Source: Acidobacteriota bacterium
GTDB taxonomy: Bacteria; Acidobacteriota; Polarisedimenticolia; SMYD01
DNA length: 64,000 nt
NCBI GenBank assembly: GCA_004356015.1
Contig: SMYD01000104.1
Location: 10,221-74,220 of the forward strand
Reading direction: 5' to 3'
The notes under the pieces are model-generated. The model saw only the letters and a list, made by a program, of their open reading frames with translations, had not been told where the DNA came from and ran no database searches. Positions 60,260-64,000 of the stretch are shown here, piece after piece. The translations under genes and the position numbers were made by a program. Position 1 is the first letter of the stretch. Every line of letters begins with the position of its first letter.

Positions 60260-62251
60260 GTGAGCGGTTTTCATCTCGTCTCATCCTACGAGCCGAGCGG
60301 CGACCAGCCCCAGGCGATACGCCGGTTGCTGGAAGGTTTTCGCGCCGGGCGGCAGGAGCAGGTCCTCCTCGGTGTAACCGGCTCGGGTAAGACCTTCACC
60401 ATGGCCAGCGTCATCGCCGGCCTGGGGCGCCCCGCGCTGATTCTGGTGCACAACAAGACGTTGGCCGCTCAACTGTATCAGGCATTCCGGCGCTACTTTC
60501 CCCACAACGCCGTGCACTACTTCGTCTCGTACTACGACTACTATCAGCCCGAAGCGTACATTGCCAACAGCGATACCTACATCGAGAAGGAGGCGATGGT
60601 CAATGATGACATCGACCGCCTGCGCCACGCGGCCACCAGGGCCCTTCTGGAACGGCGTGATGTGGTGATCCTTGCCTCCGTGTCCTGCATCTATGGCCTG
60701 GGCTCGCCCGATGCGTACCACGGCATGCTCCTCATGCTGGAGAAGGGCGGCGTCATGGAGCGGGAGTCGATCCTGCGTAAGCTGGTGGAGATTCAATATG
60801 AGCGGCGTTCCTTCGAGCTGGAGCGTGGCACCTTCAGGGTCAGGGGAGATGTCATCGAGGTGCGCCCGGGAGCTGAGGAGGAGCGTGCACTGCGTATCAC
60901 CCTCTGCGATGATGAAGTTGAAGACCTCTCCTGGATTGACCCCATGCGCGGGCGGGTGCTGGAAACGGTGGAGCGGGTGCCCATTTATCCGCGTTCCCAC
61001 TACGTGACGCCCAGGGACCAGTTGCGCCGCGCCGTTCACGACATCCGCCACGAACTGCATGAGCGCGTGGCTCAGCTTGAGAGCGAAAACCGTCTGCTGG
61101 AGGCCCAGCGCTTGAGCCAGCGCACCCGCTTTGATCTGGAAATGATCCAGGAGGTCGGCTACTGCCAGGGAATCGAGAACTATTCCCGGCATCTGACGGG
61201 CCGCCGACCCGGTGAGGCGCCGCCGACCCTGATGGATTACCTCCCGGACGACGCCCTTGTGTTCATCGACGAGAGCCACGTCTCCCTGCCCCAGGTGCGC
61301 GGCATGTATCGAGGGGACCGTGCCCGCAAGGAGACGCTGGTGGCGCACGGCTTCCGCCTGCCCTCGGCTCTGGATAACCGGCCCTTGACCTGGGAGGAGT
61401 TCCAGGAGCGGCTGGGCCAGAGGCTCTATGTCTCGGCAACACCGGGGGACTACGAGCTGGAGCGGACCGGTGGCGAATTCGTCGAGCAAGTGGTGCGTCC
61501 CACGGGCCTCCTGGACCCGGTCGTGGTGGTGAGGCCGGTGGCCCGGCAGGTGGATGATCTCCTGGCCGAAATCCGTCAGTGCGTGGCGGATGGAGATCGG
61601 GTCCTGGTCACCACCCTCACCAAGAAGATGGCCGAGGAGTTGACCACCTATTACCAGGAACTGGGGGTGCGCGTGCGTTACCTCCATTCGGATATCGTGA
61701 CCCTGGAACGGGTGAAGATCATGAGGGACCTGAGGGCGGGAGAATTTGATGTCCTGGTGGGAGTGAACCTTCTTCGTGAGGGGCTGGATATTCCCGAGGT
61801 CGCCCTGGTCGCCATTCTGGATGCGGACAAGGAAGGCTTTCTAAGGTCCACCGGTTCTCTCATCCAGACCATGGGCCGGGCAGCCCGCAACGCACGGGGA
61901 CGTGCCCTGTTGTATGCCGATGTCATGACCAGGTCCATCCAGGCGGCCATGGCCGAGACCGCCCGCCGGCGGGAGAAACAGGAGGATGCCAACCGGAAGG
62001 CGGGTATCACGCCCATGACCATCGTCAGGGATATGGACGACGTGCGGTGGGCCGTTGCCGAGAGTGATTACCTGGATGTGGGCCATGGCTCAGCAGCGCC
62101 CGAGGACGACTGGTCCGTGGATGAGTTGCACAAAGAGATCCGCAAGCTGGAAAAGGAGATGCACGCCGCCGCCGCCGACCTGAAGTTCGAGCGGGCTGCC
62201 GAGTTGAGGGATCGCGTCGCCTTCCTGCGCCAACGGGTCTTGACCGCATGA
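60260..62251 (+). CDS. uvrB: Excinuclease ABC subunit B
   Basis: Walker A GVTGSGKT, beta-hairpin region, helicase motifs and the C-terminal UvrC-interaction coiled-coil ([11 protein letters not shown]). Confidence 0.95.
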   Translation: MSGFHLVSSYEPSGDQPQAIRRLLEGFRAGRQEQVLLGVTGSGKTFTMASVIAGLGRPALILVHNKTLAAQLYQAFRRYFPHNAVHYFVSYYDYYQPEAYIANSDTYIEKEAMVNDDIDRLRHAATRALLERRDVVILASVSCIYGLGSPDAYHGMLLMLEKGGVMERESILRKLVEIQYERRSFELERGTFRVRGDVIEVRPGAEEERALRITLCDDEVEDLSWIDPMRGRVLETVERVPIYPRSHYVTPRDQLRRAVHDIRHELHERVAQLESENRLLEAQRLSQRTRFDLEMIQEVGYCQGIENYSRHLTGRRPGEAPPTLMDYLPDDALVFIDESHVSLPQVRGMYRGDRARKETLVAHGFRLPSALDNRPLTWEEFQERLGQRLYVSATPGDYELERTGGEFVEQVVRPTGLLDPVVVVRPVARQVDDLLAEIRQCVADGDRVLVTTLTKKMAEELTTYYQELGVRVRYLHSDIVTLERVKIMRDLRAGEFDVLVGVNLLREGLDIPEVALVAILDADKEGFLRSTGSLIQTMGRAARNARGRALLYADVMTRSIQAAMAETARRREKQEDANRKAGITPMTIVRDMDDVRWAVAESDYLDVGHGSAAPEDDWSVDELHKEIRKLEKEMHAAAADLKFERAAELRDRVAFLRQRVLTA

Positions 62252-64000
62252 GTCAGGTCGCGCCTCTGCGGGACGTCGCGGCCGGGCTTCCTCTGGTACC
62301 GGGTTGCTATCTGTTCCGTGATGGGCAAGGGAAATTACTCTACGTGGGCAAGGCGAAGAACCTGCGCCGCCGGGTTCTCTCGTATTTCCGGCCGCTGGAA
62401 AGCCAACCTGCCAAGACGCGGGCCCTGCTCCGGGATGCCCGCCGACTGGAGGTCATTCTCACGGGCTCGGAGGTGGAAGCCCTGATCCTCGAAAACAGCC
62501 TGGTCAAGCGTCACCGACCGCGCTTCAATGTTCTCCTGCGCGACGACAAGAATTTCCCCTACCTGAAATTGACCATGGGTGAGCCGTTTCCCAGGGTGGT
62601 GCTGGTGCGTCGGCCCAGGCAAGACGGGAATCTTTACTTCGGCCCGTACACGCCGGCGAGTGTGGCGCGCCGCTCCCTCAAGATGATTGCCCGCTTCTTC
62701 AAGGTGGCGACCTGCTACGAGTCCTTCGATGGTTCCCGCCGCCGCCCCTGCCTCCTCTATCAGATGAAACAGTGCCTGGCGCCGTGTGTGGGCTATGTCC
62801 AGGAGGCGCCCTATGGCGAAGCGGTTCGCCATGTCCGGTTGTTCCTGGAGGGGCGTGACAAGGAGCTGGCAGGAGAGCTTGAGCGCCGCATGGCCGCGGC
62901 CTCCAAGGCCCTCGAGTACGAGAACGCGGCCCGCTACCGGGATCTCTTACGGGCTGTCGCGGCCTTGAACCGGCGCCAGGCTGTGGCGGCTGTGGGGCTG
63001 GAGGACCAGGATTACTTTGCCATGCACCGGGAGGGGAACAGCGCCAGTCTGGCCATTTTCGAGATGCGTGCCGGGCTGGTCCAGTCCCGGCGAGAGTTCT
63101 TCTTCGAAGGTGCCGGGGGAGAGGACGAGGCCTTCATGGAACAGGCTCTTTCCCGTTATTATTCAGTCGCGCCTCTGGTACCAGGCCGCGTCTTCGTCTC
63201 CACGCCACCTGAGGGCGCAGGCGTTCTGGAGGAATGGCTGGCCGGGCGGCGTGGTCAGCGGGTGCGTATCAAGTGCCCGCGACGCGGCGTCCATCGTCAA
63301 TTCATGGACACGGTTCTGGAGAATGCCCGCCTGGCCTGGGAGAGCCGTTTCGCCGCCGATCATAACCTGGGTGTTGCGGTTCACGAAGCCCTGCGGGAGA
63401 CACTCGGCCTTGCGGAGACGCCCTCGCGCATCGAAGCTCTGGACATCTCTCATCTCGCCGGACGTGAAACGGTGGCTTCGGTCGTGGTCTGGGAGGACGG
63501 CCGGCCCCGCCGCTCGGAATACCGGCGGCTGAACATTCGTTCAGCACGACCAGGTGACGATTACGCCGCCATGGAAGAAGCGGTGGCGCGGCGCTATGGC
63601 CGTCTGGTGCGGGAGAAACGGCGTCTGCCCGATCTGGTTCTCGTTGATGGCGGAGCAGGACAGCTGGCCGCGGCCCAGGCGGCACTGGCCAAACTCGGTG
63701 TGGGAAATCTGCCGGTCATAGCGCTGGCAAAACAGCGCGAGGAGATCTACCTTCCCGGCGTGAAAGAACCGGTTGAATTGTCGACCCACGATCCTGTCCG
63801 GCACCTGGTGACCCGTATCCGCGATGAAGCCCACCGCTTTGCCTTGGCGGCGCATCGTCGCCGCCGGCGGCGGCGCACGCTGACCACCGAACTCATGCAG
63901 GTGCGCGGGATCGGGCGGCGGCGGTCCCGGGATCTGCTGCAGACCTTCGGCAGTGTGGAGGGTGTCCGCAGGGCATCCCAGGGCAGGCTCATGGCGGTGG
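62248..64000 (+). CDS. uvrC: Excinuclease ABC subunit C (3' partial; continues beyond the window)
   Basis: GIY-YIG nuclease domain ([25 protein letters not shown]), UvrB-binding region, endonuclease-V-like domain and the start of the helix-hairpin-helix region. ATG overlaps the uvrB stop (ATGA). The frame is open to the window end. Confidence 0.9.
   Translation, partial: MSQVAPLRDVAAGLPLVPGCYLFRDGQGKLLYVGKAKNLRRRVLSYFRPLESQPAKTRALLRDARRLEVILTGSEVEALILENSLVKRHRPRFNVLLRDDKNFPYLKLTMGEPFPRVVLVRRPRQDGNLYFGPYTPASVARRSLKMIARFFKVATCYESFDGSRRRPCLLYQMKQCLAPCVGYVQEAPYGEAVRHVRLFLEGRDKELAGELERRMAAASKALEYENAARYRDLLRAVAALNRRQAVAAVGLEDQDYFAMHREGNSASLAIFEMRAGLVQSRREFFFEGAGGEDEAFMEQALSRYYSVAPLVPGRVFVSTPPEGAGVLEEWLAGRRGQRVRIKCPRRGVHRQFMDTVLENARLAWESRFAADHNLGVAVHEALRETLGLAETPSRIEALDISHLAGRETVASVVVWEDGRPRRSEYRRLNIRSARPGDDYAAMEEAVARRYGRLVREKRRLPDLVLVDGGAGQLAAAQAALAKLGVGNLPVIALAKQREEIYLPGVKEPVELSTHDPVRHLVTRIRDEAHRFALAAHRRRRRRRTLTTELMQVRGIGRRRSRDLLQTFGSVEGVRRASQGRLMAV

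Noticed and set aside
1-64000. Search for SRP RNA (ffs), tRNA, rRNA, CRISPR repeats and IS/transposase genes
   Set aside because: No GGTTCGAATCC-type T-loop in a non-coding context, no regularly spaced direct repeats, and no transposase or integrase ORFs. CCGGAAGG-like SRP-RNA motifs occur only inside coding regions (NfeD, cinA).

Overview
This 64-kb, high-GC window is a densely packed core-genome segment of a Gram-negative bacterium. The Gram-negative call rests on the Tol-Pal system, Lnt, a class A PBP and PilT. Almost all of it is housekeeping: tig-clpP-clpX-lon, engB, rho, rpmE-prfA-prmC, the Tol-Pal cluster tolQRAB-pal-cpoB on the minus strand, recN-coaD, an NfeD/stomatin pair, lnt, prfB with its programmed +1 frameshift, the CIRCE-controlled hrcA-grpE-dnaK-dnaJ operon, pilT, alaS, a phospholipid cluster pgsA-plsC-cinA-plsY-gpsA, ftsY, ribD-ribE-ribBA, ffh-rpsP-rimM-trmD-rplS, a class A PBP, and uvrB-uvrC (uvrC runs off the 3' end). 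No rRNA, tRNA, CRISPR or mobile elements were found. Four things are worth a second look:
- an 80-codon C-terminal remnant of a branched-chain aminotransferase (ilvE) sits directly after the dnaJ stop codon;
- an HTH_XRE plus TPR regulator is translationally coupled to an unknown exported protein, in a visibly lower-GC two-gene island with a long leader;
- a three-gene TPR / NtrC-like regulator / TPR operon whose regulator lacks the GAFTGA sigma-54 contact loop;
- a zinc-ribbon/TM/NodB-deacetylase protein next to a phosphohexomutase.
Other observations are two G9 homopolymers inside coding regions and several promoter or operator candidates. The many long reverse-strand ORFs in the six-frame track are treated as high-GC antisense artefacts. 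Motif coordinates were counted by hand and may be off by 1-2 nt; CDS coordinates follow the ORF track.
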